Source: Bdellovibrionales bacterium
Lineage (GTDB): Bacteria; Pseudomonadota; Alphaproteobacteria; UBA2400
Length of the DNA stretch: 64,000 nucleotides
NCBI GenBank assembly: GCA_039808765.1
Contig: JBDHTQ010000007.1
Coordinates: 48,127 to 112,126 of the forward strand
Direction: 5' to 3'
In this document: piece after piece, positions 52,493 to 62,833 of the stretch
Layout of the letters: each line of letters starts with the position of its first letter
How positions within the stretch are numbered: position 1 is the stretch's first letter
Made by a program: the position numbers and the translations under genes
The notes under the pieces: model-generated
The model's database searches: none
What the model was told of the DNA's origin: nothing
The model's input: the letters and a program-made list of their open reading frames with translations, nothing else

Positions 52493-53356
52493 TTATTTTA
52501 CATTTAACATGGGTACTGTATTATTCGGAACCATGGTTTGGGGTAAAACGCCATTCCATCGCTCTGCTTGAATTAACTGCACCATTTCAGGGTTGGTTTT
52601 AAGCGCTTCAGCACGTGCATGTATGGCCTTTGCTTCGGCTTCACCGCGTAAAGTAATCGCATCAGCTTCGGCTTGTGCTTGTGAGCGCAACGCATCAGCC
52701 TTACCCATGGCTTGTGCCCGGTTAATATCAGCTTGCACTTTTTCACGCTCAAGGTTTTGCTTGAGTTTTGCGACTTCAACTTCAGCTTGCATGCGTGCTT
52801 CAATACTCTGATCAAATGCATCTGAGAAGGCCACATCCTCCATTTGATACCCCTCAACCACAATGCCTTTAGCAGCAAGCTGTTCATTGAGTGTTTTCTC
52901 AATTTCAGCGCCAAGAGCAGTACGCTCACTGATAATATTTTGCGCGTTAAACTGTCCAAAGATTTCTTTGGTGATACGTGTTGTAAGCGGCATAATCAAA
53001 CTGGGCACATAGTTGAGGCCCAGCTCAGAATATACATCGCCTGCTTTGCTGGGGTCGATATGATAGTTCATGCTTATTTGAAGCTGCGCTGCTTGTATGT
53101 CACGTGAATAGGCTTCCATACGCGGAAAAGCCACCTTTTCAGTGCGTACAGACATTGGGCGTACTGTTTCAACAAACGGGATTTTGAATCCTATCCCCGG
53201 TGGTTCAACCCCAACGAGCGCACCAAAGCGAAGTTTGATGCCCACACTACCTTGTTCAACCGTATAAAAGCTGGCGTAAATGAGCAGTAACAGCACCACA
53301 ACCACATATGCAGCGGCCGGAATATTTTGACGTTGTTTGAAATCATAAACTGCCAT
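52493..53356 (-). CDS. Prohibitin-family (SPFH/band 7) membrane protein
   Basis: N-terminal TM, GIKLRFG...PGIGFKIPF, FSDAFDQSIE, AQAEADAITLRGEAEAKA coiled coil, RWNGVLP; start at ATG 53356 with GAGG SD. Confidence 0.9.
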   Translation of the reverse strand: MAVYDFKQRQNIPAAAYVVVVLLLLIYASFYTVEQGSVGIKLRFGALVGVEPPGIGFKIPFVETVRPMSVRTEKVAFPRMEAYSRDIQAAQLQISMNYHIDPSKAGDVYSELGLNYVPSLIMPLTTRITKEIFGQFNAQNIISERTALGAEIEKTLNEQLAAKGIVVEGYQMEDVAFSDAFDQSIEARMQAEVEVAKLKQNLEREKVQADINRAQAMGKADALRSQAQAEADAITLRGEAEAKAIHARAEALKTNPEMVQLIQAERWNGVLPQTMVPNNTVPMLNVK

Positions 53357-53906
53357 GGTGATCCTCTTCTGCCACATTAGATAAATGCGAAACGCGTGAA
53401 AGTTTTTTATCAAAAACAATCATGTGGGATTGATAATCATTTTTTTTGCACAACTCAATCATCGCGTCACATTGGGCTGGCCCGAACAAGCGAATGTGGG
53501 CAATATTTTTCTTGGAAAAAAAACTTTCGGTCGCCCGCAGCAACTGATCCGCCACATGCATGCGCCGCCAATTAGGCAAGACAAAAAGGTCTCTTACCAA
53601 AGCATGCTCTCGCACTGCTTCATGCAAAATCGGATCCGGATCAAACAAGCAATAAGAGGCAATAAAGCCGATTGGATTATCATTCGAGAAGGCAACAAAA
53701 ATGCAGCCATTATGCGTCGATGTTGTTTCAACCAGGTTACGGGCATAGTTTGGAGCAATTGCTCCCCCATGTTTGCGCGCCAACTTTTGATATTCTCGTT
53801 CATGCTCATATTGCATCGCGATGAAGGCAACAAGGCAAGGAAAATCTACCCCCACGCGATAGGGCCGTATGGCCAAGTTTTTATCTGTGAGAGGACGTGT
53901 GGTCAT
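53343..53906 (-). CDS. GNAT-family N-acetyltransferase
   Basis: IFVA...PIGFI, VRDLFVLPNWRRMHVADQLL (acetyl-CoA motif A), HIRL. Confidence 0.8.
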   Translation of the reverse strand: MTTRPLTDKNLAIRPYRVGVDFPCLVAFIAMQYEHEREYQKLARKHGGAIAPNYARNLVETTSTHNGCIFVAFSNDNPIGFIASYCLFDPDPILHEAVREHALVRDLFVLPNWRRMHVADQLLRATESFFSKKNIAHIRLFGPAQCDAMIELCKKNDYQSHMIVFDKKLSRVSHLSNVAEEDHHGSL

Positions 53907-53908
53907 GG

Positions 53909-55195
53909 TCAGGCAACACTCCGCTGTGCCTTGCTGAGACGCATGCGTTCTTCAATCAAAGGGCGGAAATGACGAACCAAACCTTTATAAGGCCAAGTTG
54001 AGGCATCGCCATGCGCGCAAATTGTCTTTCCTTCAATTTCGGTGCCAATATCAAGCAACATGTCAATTTCATGTGGTTCTGCAGTGCCCTTAGTCATACG
54101 CTGCAAAATGCGGTAGTACCATCCCGTTCCTTCGCGGCATGGTGTGCATTGACCACAGCTTTCATGGGCATAAAAACGCGCCATACGTGCCGTCATCGCA
54201 ATAACATCCGTTGACTTGTCCATGACAATCAGTGCACCGGTTCCAAACGCAGTGTTTGCTTCGCGCAATGCATCATAATCCATGAGCACTGTTTCACAAA
54301 CATCTTTGGGAATCATAGGACATGAGGATCCACCTGGAATAACAGCCAAGAGGTTATCCCAGCCACCCCGTACACCACCAGCGTGCTTTTCAATTAATTC
54401 TTTCATAGGGATGCCCATCGACTCTTCCACATTACAAGGCTGATTAACATGCCCGGAAATACAAAAAACTTTTGTGCCGCGGTTTTTTGGTCGACCAATC
54501 GAAGCAAACCATGCCGCCCCACGTCTCATGATCGCGGGTGTAACGGAAATCGTCTCAATGTTATTAATGGTTGTAGGGTAACCATAGAGGCCATTGTTTG
54601 GCGGGAAAGGTGGCTTATTACGCGGCATGCCTTTTTTGCCTTCGAGACTTTCCATCTGCGCTGATTCTTCACCACATATATATGCCCCAGCCCCACGATG
54701 GATGAAAACATCAAAATCCCAGCCGGATTGGGAAGCGTTTTTGCCCAGCAGTCCGGCGTTATAAGCTTCATCAATAGCAATCTGCAATGCGCGCGCTTCA
54801 TTGTAAAATTCGCCGCGAATATAAATGTAGGCCACGTGTGCGCCCATTGCAAAACCCGCAATTAAAGCACCCTCAAGGATTTTATGGGGTTCATTGCGGA
54901 TGATGTCGCGATCTTTACAGGTGCCTGGTTCTGATTCATCGGCATTGATGATCAGAAAATGCGGGCGCTTGGGGTCAATGACCTTGGGCATAAAACCCCA
55001 TTTCATTGATGTTGGCGCACCCGCTCCGCCCCGACCGCGAAGCTCTGCATTTTTAACTTCTTCAATAATCGCTTCCCGTCCACGAGCGAGAATAGCGGCG
55101 GTATTATCCCAATCACCCCGGCGCTGTGCTGCGATAAGTGAGCGGTCGTGCAAGCCATAAAGGTTGGTGAAAATTCGGTCTTTATCCAACAACAT
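53909..55195 (-). CDS. nuoF: NADH-quinone oxidoreductase subunit F (FMN/NADH-binding)
   Basis: [53 protein letters not shown]; ATG 55195 overlaps the nuoE TAA. Confidence 0.97.
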   Translation of the reverse strand: MLLDKDRIFTNLYGLHDRSLIAAQRRGDWDNTAAILARGREAIIEEVKNAELRGRGGAGAPTSMKWGFMPKVIDPKRPHFLIINADESEPGTCKDRDIIRNEPHKILEGALIAGFAMGAHVAYIYIRGEFYNEARALQIAIDEAYNAGLLGKNASQSGWDFDVFIHRGAGAYICGEESAQMESLEGKKGMPRNKPPFPPNNGLYGYPTTINNIETISVTPAIMRRGAAWFASIGRPKNRGTKVFCISGHVNQPCNVEESMGIPMKELIEKHAGGVRGGWDNLLAVIPGGSSCPMIPKDVCETVLMDYDALREANTAFGTGALIVMDKSTDVIAMTARMARFYAHESCGQCTPCREGTGWYYRILQRMTKGTAEPHEIDMLLDIGTEIEGKTICAHGDASTWPYKGLVRHFRPLIEERMRLSKAQRSVA

Positions 55196-55803
55196 TATGA
55201 CTCTCCCTTCAGCGTGGTTGGGCCAGATGCTCCGCATGAGCCATGTCGGCCAATTTGTGACCCTGCGCCCACTTTTTCTCCGCGCGCAAGCCGATCAAGA
55301 ATATTCTCCATTCCCTCAACTGTCAGGTCTTCCACCACATCATTATTGATTTGCACGGCAGGCGCATTTACGCAGGCGCCGATACACTCGACTTCTTCAA
55401 TACTAAATAAACCATCGGCAGAAACCTCGCCGTGGGTATCAATATTCAGCTTCTTGGCGCAGGCTGCCAAAATATCATCGCTTCCGCGTAAGCAGCATGA
55501 GATTGATGTGCAAACTTGCAAGTGATGCTGCCCCACCGGTCGACGGTGATACATTGTATAAAAGCTCGCAACTTCAAAAGCTTTGATGGCGGGCATCCCC
55601 AGTAATTCTGCACAATACGCGATAGCTACCGTGGGCAACCATCCCTGTTGTTCCTGCGCAATGTGCAATAGCGGCATGATTGCACTTTGCTGACGGCCAA
55701 CGGGATATTTAGCTATCGCAGCTTGCGCGCGCTTCATGTTTTCATCAGTAAATGCAAATTCAACAGGTTGTTGAATGTCTCGCGGCGGACCGGCTTCGAT
55801 CAT
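55195..55803 (-). CDS. nuoE: NADH-quinone oxidoreductase subunit E
   Basis: [29 protein letters not shown]. Confidence 0.96.
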   Translation of the reverse strand: MIEAGPPRDIQQPVEFAFTDENMKRAQAAIAKYPVGRQQSAIMPLLHIAQEQQGWLPTVAIAYCAELLGMPAIKAFEVASFYTMYHRRPVGQHHLQVCTSISCCLRGSDDILAACAKKLNIDTHGEVSADGLFSIEEVECIGACVNAPAVQINNDVVEDLTVEGMENILDRLARGEKVGAGSQIGRHGSCGASGPTTLKGES

Positions 55804-57005
55804 CGGTCAATCTCCCCAAACACAATATCCAGCGATCCAATAATCGCAACAGCGTCGGACAACATGTGCCCTTTCGAAAGTTTATCCATTGCCTGAAGAT
55901 GGGCGAATCCCGGGGCGCGAATTTTACAGCGATAGGGCTTATTTGTGCCATCACTAATCAAATAAACACCGAACTCACCTTTTGGTGCCTCAACAGCGGT
56001 GTACGTCTCTCCAGCGGGAACATGATAGCCTTCGGTAAAAAGCTTAAAGTGATGGATAAGAGCTTCCATCGATTGTTTCATATTGGCGCGTTTGGGCGGT
56101 GTAATCTTGTGATCATTGACCTGAACCAATCCGTTTGGCATCGTTTCAAGTACTTGCTTGATAATCCTAACGGACTGTTTCATCTCTTCCATACGCACAA
56201 GATAACGCGCGTAACAGTCACCTGTCGTTCCAACGGGAATATCAAAGTCGTACTTTTCATATCCATCATAAGGCTGAGCTTTGCGTAAGTCCCAAGCGAC
56301 GCCCGATCCGCGTAACATCGGCCCCGAGAAGCCCCACTCCAACGCCTCTTGTTTTGTTGCTGTGCCAATATCAACAGTTCGCTGTTTAAAAATACGATTT
56401 TCTGTCAAAAGATCGTTTAATTCGTCATAGAATTTTGGAAAATGATCAATGTATGTTGCAATATCTTCCAACAAGCCCTCTGGCAAGTCTTTGGCGACAC
56501 CGCCGGGTCGAATATAATTCGCGTGCAACCGAGCACCCGAAGCCCGCTCATAAAACTCCATCAAACGTTCGCGCTCTTCAAACCCCCACAAAGCCGGGGT
56601 AATTGCGCCAACGTCAAGTGCAAAGGTCGTCACATTCAGAAGATGATTCAAAATGCGCCCGATTTCACAAAACAACACTCGAATTGCTTGCGCACGAAGG
56701 GGAACATTAATTCCCAAAAGTTTTTCAGTTGCCAGAGCAAACGCATGCTCCTGATTCATGGGGGCAACATAGTCAAGCCGATCAAAATACGGCAGAGCTT
56801 GCATGTATGTTTTGTGCTCAATAAGTTTTTCGGTTCCGCGATGCAAAAGCCCGATGTGAGGGTCTGCACGCTCAATCACTTCACCATCAAGTTCAAGAAT
56901 TAAGCGCAAAACACCATGGGCTGCAGGATGCTGCGGACCAAAGTTAAGCGTGAAAGGGCGCAAGGTCTTGTGCAGATCAGAGGGTTCAGATGCTGAAGTG
57001 GTCAT
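55800..57005 (-). CDS. nuoD: NADH-quinone oxidoreductase subunit D
   Basis: [39 protein letters not shown]. Confidence 0.98.
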   Translation of the reverse strand: MTTSASEPSDLHKTLRPFTLNFGPQHPAAHGVLRLILELDGEVIERADPHIGLLHRGTEKLIEHKTYMQALPYFDRLDYVAPMNQEHAFALATEKLLGINVPLRAQAIRVLFCEIGRILNHLLNVTTFALDVGAITPALWGFEERERLMEFYERASGARLHANYIRPGGVAKDLPEGLLEDIATYIDHFPKFYDELNDLLTENRIFKQRTVDIGTATKQEALEWGFSGPMLRGSGVAWDLRKAQPYDGYEKYDFDIPVGTTGDCYARYLVRMEEMKQSVRIIKQVLETMPNGLVQVNDHKITPPKRANMKQSMEALIHHFKLFTEGYHVPAGETYTAVEAPKGEFGVYLISDGTNKPYRCKIRAPGFAHLQAMDKLSKGHMLSDAVAIIGSLDIVFGEIDR

Positions 57006-57694
57006 TCTTTTTTACCCTCCAAACGCGGGTCATGAGAAGCTCCAAAAGGGATAACACCTTTATCATCCCCCGGCAGCATCATTGTGGTCATGCCTTCCCA
57101 AGGGCTTGTAAATTCAAACGAGCGGTAATCTTGCGGAAGTTTTACGGGTTCATAAACGATGCGTTTTTGATCGTTGTCGTAGCGAATTTCGACATATCCT
57201 GTAAGCGGAAAGTCTTTGCGCAAAGGATGTCCCTCAAAGTTATAATCGGTCAACAAACGGCGCAGGTCATCATGATCAGAAAAGCCGATACCGAACAAAT
57301 CCCAAGCTTCACGCTCAAACCATCCGGCTGTGGGATAAACTGATTGAACACTCGAAACAGCCGTTTTTTCATCCGTTGTAATCTTCATCCGCAATCTCAA
57401 ATTATTTTTGAGCGAAAGAAGGTGATAAACGATATCAAAACGCTCGTCACGTTCGGGGTAATCAACGCCACAAATATCGACCAAACATTCAAAATGTGTG
57501 CGGTCGTCATCGCGTAAAACACGAAGCGCGCGCACAACCGCTTCTTTTCTCACCCAAAGTGCCAGCTCACCTTTTGCGATTTCATGCGAGACATAATCGC
57601 GGCCTAAAAGCATGGGCAATTTCTCTGCCATCTCTTCCAGCGGGGTTAGAACCTTCGTTTTTTCTTCTGCTGCTGAAGGGGTAACGTCAGTCAT
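57002..57694 (-). CDS. nuoC: NADH-quinone oxidoreductase subunit C
   Basis: [38 protein letters not shown]. Confidence 0.97.
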   Translation of the reverse strand: MTDVTPSAAEEKTKVLTPLEEMAEKLPMLLGRDYVSHEIAKGELALWVRKEAVVRALRVLRDDDRTHFECLVDICGVDYPERDERFDIVYHLLSLKNNLRLRMKITTDEKTAVSSVQSVYPTAGWFEREAWDLFGIGFSDHDDLRRLLTDYNFEGHPLRKDFPLTGYVEIRYDNDQKRIVYEPVKLPQDYRSFEFTSPWEGMTTMMLPGDDKGVIPFGASHDPRLEGKKE

Positions 57695-57705
57695 TCAGTT
57701 TCTCC

Positions 57706-58242
57706 CTAGCGCGAGATTCGACCCGTACGACGGATCTTGTTTTGTAGCTGCATGATGCCATAAACGAGTGCCTCAGCCGTCGGTGGACAGCCCGGCACGT
57801 AAATATCAACCGGCACAACCCGGTCACACCCACGCACAACCGAGTAGCTGTAGTGATAATAACCACCACCGTTGGCGCAGCTTCCCATTGAAATGACATA
57901 CCGCGGCTCAGGCATCTGGTCATAAACTTTGCGCAAAGCGGGAGCCATTTTATTGGTTAGTGTTCCCGCAACGATCATTACATCGGCTTGGCGGGGGCTG
58001 GGGCGAGGAAAAACACCATGTCGATCTAGATCATAGCGGCTCATATAGGCGTGAATCATCTCCACCGCACAGCATGCTAAACCGAATGTCATAGGCCACA
58101 TTGAGCCCGTTCTAGCCCAGTTTACCAACGAATCGAGCGTTGTCGTTACAAAGCCGCGTTGATCAAGTTCTTCACCCAAAGTGGACATAAGGGACGAAGC
58201 ATGTGTTCCAGATAAGGCTGAATCAGGCATATTTACTCCCAT
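57706..58242 (-). CDS. nuoB: NADH-quinone oxidoreductase subunit B
   Basis: [37 protein letters not shown]; ATG 58242 taken as start. Confidence 0.98.
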   Translation of the reverse strand: MGVNMPDSALSGTHASSLMSTLGEELDQRGFVTTTLDSLVNWARTGSMWPMTFGLACCAVEMIHAYMSRYDLDRHGVFPRPSPRQADVMIVAGTLTNKMAPALRKVYDQMPEPRYVISMGSCANGGGYYHYSYSVVRGCDRVVPVDIYVPGCPPTAEALVYGIMQLQNKIRRTGRISR

Positions 58243-58601
58243 TCCAACGCTCCCTTTTTCCATTCATAAAGATAACCGATTGTCAAAACGCCGAGAAAAA
58301 CCATCATCGACCAAAAGCCGTAAACCCCGATTGCTCCCAAGCTGATCGCCCAAGGAAAAAGAAACGCGACTTCTAAATCGAAAAGAATAAAAAGAATACC
58401 AACGAGATAATAGCGAACATCAAAGCGACGATGAGCATTATCAAACGCCTCGAAGCCGCATTCATACGCGGAAAGTTTTTCAGGATCCGGTTTTTGCTTC
58501 GCGAGTATAAAGGCCGCAGCGACCATAAGCGCTGATAAACCCGTTGCGATAATCAAAAAAATCACAATGGGCAAGTATTCGCCGAGTGAAATGGCCCCCA
58601 T
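58233..58601 (-). CDS. nuoA: NADH-quinone oxidoreductase subunit A
   Basis: [34 protein letters not shown]; ATG 58601 with AAGGAG SD. Confidence 0.97.
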   Translation of the reverse strand: MGAISLGEYLPIVIFLIIATGLSALMVAAAFILAKQKPDPEKLSAYECGFEAFDNAHRRFDVRYYLVGILFILFDLEVAFLFPWAISLGAIGVYGFWSMMVFLGVLTIGYLYEWKKGALEWE

Positions 58602-58833
58602 GGCCTTCTCCTTGCTAACAGTTCTAAAGAACAAAGTCTTAATCAGACTAAGTGGTATATCTGAATGCCGATGAAACGGAAGTGCCTTTTTCAAGATTTT
58701 GATAAAAATACCAATTTTACCAGCCTCTGTGGTATTCGCGATCGGTATAATGCTTGATTAGTTTCTGCATGCATACAATTGTGTATGATGCATTAACATA
58801 GAAGTAATAAATTGACGTGTAGAAAATTTACAC

Positions 58834-58910
58834 TGGCGCGAGTGACGGGACTTGAACCCGCGACCTACGGCGTGACAGGCCGTCGCTCTAACCAACTGAG
58901 CTACACCCGC
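58834..58910 (-). tRNA. tRNA-Asp (GTC)
   Basis: GCGGGTGTAGCTCAGTTGGTTAGAGCGACGGCCTGTCACGCCGTAGGTCGCGGGTTCAAGTCCCGTCACTCGCGCCA; cloverleaf, encoded CCA. Confidence 0.97.
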
Positions 58911-58932
58911 GTGGTGTAATCGTGTGGCCGCC

Positions 58933-58962
58933 CTGATACACGGCCTTTCCCTCACCTGTCAA
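58933..58962 (-). promoter_or_regulatory. Putative sigma-70 promoter of tRNA-Asp
   Basis: TTGACA-N18-TATCAG followed by a GC-rich discriminator GGCGGCC. Confidence 0.5.
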
Positions 58963-58994
58963 TGAGATATTTTCGAGGGATAGAAAATATCGAA

Positions 58995-59069
58995 TGGTGG
59001 GCAGTGAGGGGATCGAACCCCCGACCAACTCGGTGTAAACGAGCCGCTCTACCGCTGAGCTAACTGCCC
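58995..59069 (-). tRNA. tRNA-Val (TAC)
   Basis: GGGCAGTTAGCTCAGCGGTAGAGCGGCTCGTTTACACCGAGTTGGTCGGGGGTTCGATCCCCTCACTGCCCACCA; cloverleaf, encoded CCA. Confidence 0.97.
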
Positions 59070-59241
59070 GGGCGCACCCTATACAAACTGTTTCATGAAA
59101 TCAAGAGACAAGATGAAAATTTTCAAGATTTTTTTGCTTTCCTTGTTCACTGAATGAATATGCGTCAATACTACTTGCATCTGTGACGGGAAATTCCTTA
59201 CGTTTTTGCACGAAAATTAGGAACAAGTGAATACGTAAATC

Positions 59242-59294
59242 AAAAAAACAGCCCTCCCAAAATTAATTGGCCAGCAATAAATTAGGAAGAGCTG
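59242..59294 (-). terminator. Probable intrinsic terminator downstream of thyX
   Basis: Minus strand CAGCTCTTCC...GGGAGGGCTG stem (with G-U pairs) followed by a T7 run. Confidence 0.6.
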
Positions 59295-59312
59295 AAAGAA
59301 CCGAAGTCAAAA

Positions 59313-60716
59313 TTAGGCGGCAGTTTTCTCTGTGATATCCTGCAAACCACGCTTTGCCGAAAAAGCATCAGGTGAATCATCAATATAGATTTTCAAATCG
59401 GGCACCGTTTTACTGATCACATGACCCAAAGCTTGCGCAAAAGGCCTTACAGTGGGATGCACAGTTGGGGATGATCTCAATTCAGCGATATAAACCAGTT
59501 GCGGCAAGCTGCAGCTTAATTGACATAAGCACATCATGCCCATCGGATAGAGATATTGATCTGCATAAGGATTGGTTTGTATGCCTTTACTTGAAAGGTT
59601 TGAGATTGCCGTTAAAAGTGTGCTCATGCTTTCTTGCAGGGATTGAAAACCTTCCTGACTCAACAACGATTCGAATTGCTGTAAATACCACGGGTGAAAG
59701 CCGAACCTTTGCCCCACCAGCGGCACGGGGTTATAAGCGTTCCGATGGCGTTGCATATCCCGGAATGATCCAAAATCCATCAGATAATATATGTTATACG
59801 TACCATATTGAATAATCCGACGGGATAAACCAATCCCACGTGGACGCTTGCAAAAGTAGTCTTTTTCGCGGGTATTCATAGCATCCAAATTAACCAATGA
59901 CCAATCTGCGATGAGTTCGCCATTTTTTAACTGCTGTTTTTCATCGTTTGTTAGTGTTGAGATAATCTGCTCCGGCTCGAGAATATGATCTGCGTGCGAA
60001 AATTCACTCCGGAAAGCTACTTGTTCCTGATGATAGGTTTTTTGAGGCTCAAGATCTTCCATTGTAAAACTATGCGGATATTTTTCGATAAGCTTCTTGT
60101 ACGTTTCGATAGCAATATTCTTCACCTCGTCAAGGGGATGTGACGCAAGACGAATCAAATTATCGCGCGCTTGACGTAAATTTGTATGCCAACTTGCATA
60201 ACTTTTAATTCCGCAAGGTAAAAGGCTGCGACAAATATCAAATGCACGCGCCGAGATTGCTTTTTCCCATTGGGTATTGGTTTGAAAATTTTCTTGATTA
60301 AACGGATAAGCAGTTTTGAGAGCGGTGGTCGTTTTTTCCAGTGTTTGGAGATAAATTTTCATCCATTGCTGTTGAATAGACGATGATTCGGGAGAATTAT
60401 ACGGATCAACGCATGTCTGATTCGAGTAATCGAGATAGCGGGTTGATGCTTCTTGTCCACTATAAAGCGGATTATCTTGAATTGCTTTGTTTGCCAGCAT
60501 GGAAACATTTTCCATGTAAAGGGTGGTTGAGCCGCAATCACCAATCGATGCATGGCCATAGCCAACATAATAACGGGCCATAAAACTGCCACTATCACCA
60601 TTTCTTACTTTTTCAATATGATCTATTACCGAACGTGGAGAGCGGCTATAAAGTGCCTGCAACATTGCATTATCTTCGGGGTGTAAATCATCAAAAATAT
60701 AAATTTGACTGTCCAT
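59313..60716 (-). CDS. thyX: FAD-dependent thymidylate synthase, long double-domain ThyX type
   Basis: ALYSRS, YVGYGHASIGD, QEASTRY, FDICRSLLP, DFGSFRDMQRHR, YIAELRS...VHP; ATG 60716 with GAGGAG SD. Confidence 0.85.
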   Translation of the reverse strand: MDSQIYIFDDLHPEDNAMLQALYSRSPRSVIDHIEKVRNGDSGSFMARYYVGYGHASIGDCGSTTLYMENVSMLANKAIQDNPLYSGQEASTRYLDYSNQTCVDPYNSPESSSIQQQWMKIYLQTLEKTTTALKTAYPFNQENFQTNTQWEKAISARAFDICRSLLPCGIKSYASWHTNLRQARDNLIRLASHPLDEVKNIAIETYKKLIEKYPHSFTMEDLEPQKTYHQEQVAFRSEFSHADHILEPEQIISTLTNDEKQQLKNGELIADWSLVNLDAMNTREKDYFCKRPRGIGLSRRIIQYGTYNIYYLMDFGSFRDMQRHRNAYNPVPLVGQRFGFHPWYLQQFESLLSQEGFQSLQESMSTLLTAISNLSSKGIQTNPYADQYLYPMGMMCLCQLSCSLPQLVYIAELRSSPTVHPTVRPFAQALGHVISKTVPDLKIYIDDSPDAFSAKRGLQDITEKTAA

Positions 60717-60815
60717 GGCTTTGCTCCTCGTTATTCCAAGCACGCACTAGACTAATGAAAAACGAGTAGTCGATCAACCGTTAATCAAGGAAAATAAAAA
60801 TTTTGAAGCCTAGGT

Positions 60816-61490
60816 TTAACACGCCAAAGCGATAGTACGTAGCCCCGGAGCATGTACACTTTCTTGCCCTTTTACGACCTCGGCTTGCCAAGGGGAAGAC
60901 GTCGTTCTGCGCCAAAAGTGCAATACACCACCATGAACTTCGCCACCATCAGGAATAACGATTCCTAATCCGGCTTGAAGTACGCGGCGCATCCCTCCGT
61001 GAGACACAATCAAAGGAAGTCCATCTGTGCCCTCTAAGGCACTGCTCAACCCTTCATTGATTCGGCGTGCGAAGGCTTCATGTGGTTCGGCCTCCTTATC
61101 GGTAAATGTCCACGCAGAATGACCATCTCTTTTAATCATTTTGCCTTCATAATCGCCAAAATAACGTTCACGTAATCTTTTGTCTGTATGTATGCCATCA
61201 ACCCCGATTCTCGCAGCAACGATTTTGGCGCTTTCAAATGCCCGCGAGAGGTCACTACTGTAAATGCGTGTAATGCCTCTACCTAGCAACGAATAAGCCG
61301 CAATTATAGCTTGAACAGCCCCTGTTTCATTCAGAGGGATATCCCGATGGCCGTATACCTTTTTTTCGAAATCTGTCTCGCGAAAATTTGCTTTGCCATG
61401 ACGAAGACAAAAGAATTCATCCCGATCTGTATGCATTGGATGATTGATTGATCCTCTTCTCAATATTTCTTCAAAATCCGTGCGAATCAT
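60816..61490 (-). CDS. Histidine phosphatase (phosphoglycerate mutase-like) family protein
   Basis: LRHG, DIPLNETG, YSSDLSRA, LRERYFG, LIVSHGG. Confidence 0.9.
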   Translation of the reverse strand: MIRTDFEEILRRGSINHPMHTDRDEFFCLRHGKANFRETDFEKKVYGHRDIPLNETGAVQAIIAAYSLLGRGITRIYSSDLSRAFESAKIVAARIGVDGIHTDKRLRERYFGDYEGKMIKRDGHSAWTFTDKEAEPHEAFARRINEGLSSALEGTDGLPLIVSHGGMRRVLQAGLGIVIPDGGEVHGGVLHFWRRTTSSPWQAEVVKGQESVHAPGLRTIALAC

Positions 61491-61692
61491 ATTTGCGTAT
61501 CACCCCCCACAATACAAAATGCCAGTCTTCCTGCACGGCTTAAAATTGCGCAGGACACAAAGTTCCTTTTATCAAGGATAACAGATGCTTGTATATAGAT
61601 TACTTTTCGAAAAAATTTCCACTATTATTATGAGGGCTTGCAATTGTGTCGCATGAAGGGCTATCTTGCCTGACATTGGAGGGTAACCAGAG

Positions 61693-61947
61693 ATGGCAAT
61701 AGAACAGTTAAAACTTCAACGATTGATTCAAGAGGGCGTTCCCGCATCAACGGTGAAGATTGAGGATCTGCGTGGTGATGGTGATCATTATAGCGCAACC
61801 GTAAGCTCTCCTGCTTTTCGAGGTTTAAGCCGCGTTCAGCAGCACCAACTGGTTTACTCAGCCCTTAAAAATGTTTTGGGGGGAGAACTGCACGCTCTCG
61901 CACTCAAAACACAAACGCCTGAAGAAGCCGCACAAGAAATCGCTTAG
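61693..61947 (+). CDS. bolA: BolA/IbaG family protein
   Basis: DLRGDGDHY, FRGLSRVQQHQLVY, LHALAL. Confidence 0.95.
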   Translation: MAIEQLKLQRLIQEGVPASTVKIEDLRGDGDHYSATVSSPAFRGLSRVQQHQLVYSALKNVLGGELHALALKTQTPEEAAQEIA

Positions 61948-61996
61948 CGTGAATTAATTTTAAAAAAAACTTCAACATTCCCACAAGGAGGCTAAA

Positions 61997-62350
61997 ATGA
62001 CTTCTCGTAACCCAGTATTTGATAATATCCGCCATGACATCACTAACAACGATGTAGTGTTGTATATGAAAGGAACTGCTGCTTTCCCATATTGCGGATT
62101 TTCTGCGGCGGTTGTGCAAGTGTTGAATCATTTGGGTGTGAGTTTTAAAGCCGTTGATGTGATGACAGACCCATCTCTGTGGGATGGTTTGAAAGAATTC
62201 AGCAACTGGCCTACCCTTCCCCAGCTTTACATCAAGGGACAGTTCATCGGGGGATGTGACATCACGCGGGAAATGTTCCAGACGGGCGAACTGCAAGAAA
62301 CGCTCCGCCGTAATAACATTGCGATGAGTTCGCCTGCGTCAGCAGAGTAG
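61997..62350 (+). CDS. grxD: Monothiol glutaredoxin (Grx4 family)
   Basis: LYMKG, CGFS active site, WPTLPQLY, GGCD. Confidence 0.96.
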   Translation: MTSRNPVFDNIRHDITNNDVVLYMKGTAAFPYCGFSAAVVQVLNHLGVSFKAVDVMTDPSLWDGLKEFSNWPTLPQLYIKGQFIGGCDITREMFQTGELQETLRRNNIAMSSPASAE

Positions 62351-62493
62351 GCCTTTTATTGGTTAGGGAGATTGTTGACGCGTGCTACTTGCGCGTCACA
62401 CTGTCACGTATAAGCAACAATTTGTTAGGAATAGTGAAAAATAATTAACTATCCCATTGCGTGATTCGCAAGTCTGCCCTACCCTCCTGAGGC

Positions 62494-62769
62494 ATGGACA
62501 GAGACACAATCATATCCCTTGCTTCCCTTCCCGACTCGAGAACGAGAGCGACAGTTTCCAGCTTCTTTTGTGAAGCAGAAGGCCGGCTTGAAATTGTTCC
62601 CCTTCAATCGAGTGGTAACCGCCCTGAAGATCGGATCATGCAAGGTTTGGTGACGAAATTTGTTAACATTGCCGTCACAATCGCAGGTGACAGCGCCTCG
62701 ATTGAAAGCGTGTCGTTTAACAGCAACCAAAATTCATTGCAAGAGGAATTGCTCGAAGCGGTTGGTTGA
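62494..62769 (+). CDS. Hypothetical protein
   Basis: 91-aa ORF with GAGG SD, co-oriented between grxD and gcvH. Confidence 0.5.
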   Translation: MDRDTIISLASLPDSRTRATVSSFFCEAEGRLEIVPLQSSGNRPEDRIMQGLVTKFVNIAVTIAGDSASIESVSFNSNQNSLQEELLEAVG

Positions 62770-62833
62770 AATATACTCCTCGCTGCCCGAATTTTAGTTG
62801 GGCTCATTTCTCTCAGGATGGATTTGTCCATAA

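Noticed and set aside
13832-57923. Many 60-180 aa antisense or alternate-frame ORFs inside core genes (for example 49510..49923, 53424..53972, 55752..56288)
   Set aside because: Shadow ORFs of conserved genes with no motifs or SD support
58758-58955. 65-aa ORF over tRNA-Asp
   Set aside because: Spurious translation of the tRNA gene
62770-62833. Possible glycine riboswitch before gcvH (CTCTCAGG near 62810)
   Set aside because: Only this short motif is present; the GGAGA...CCGAAG core and room for an aptamer are missing
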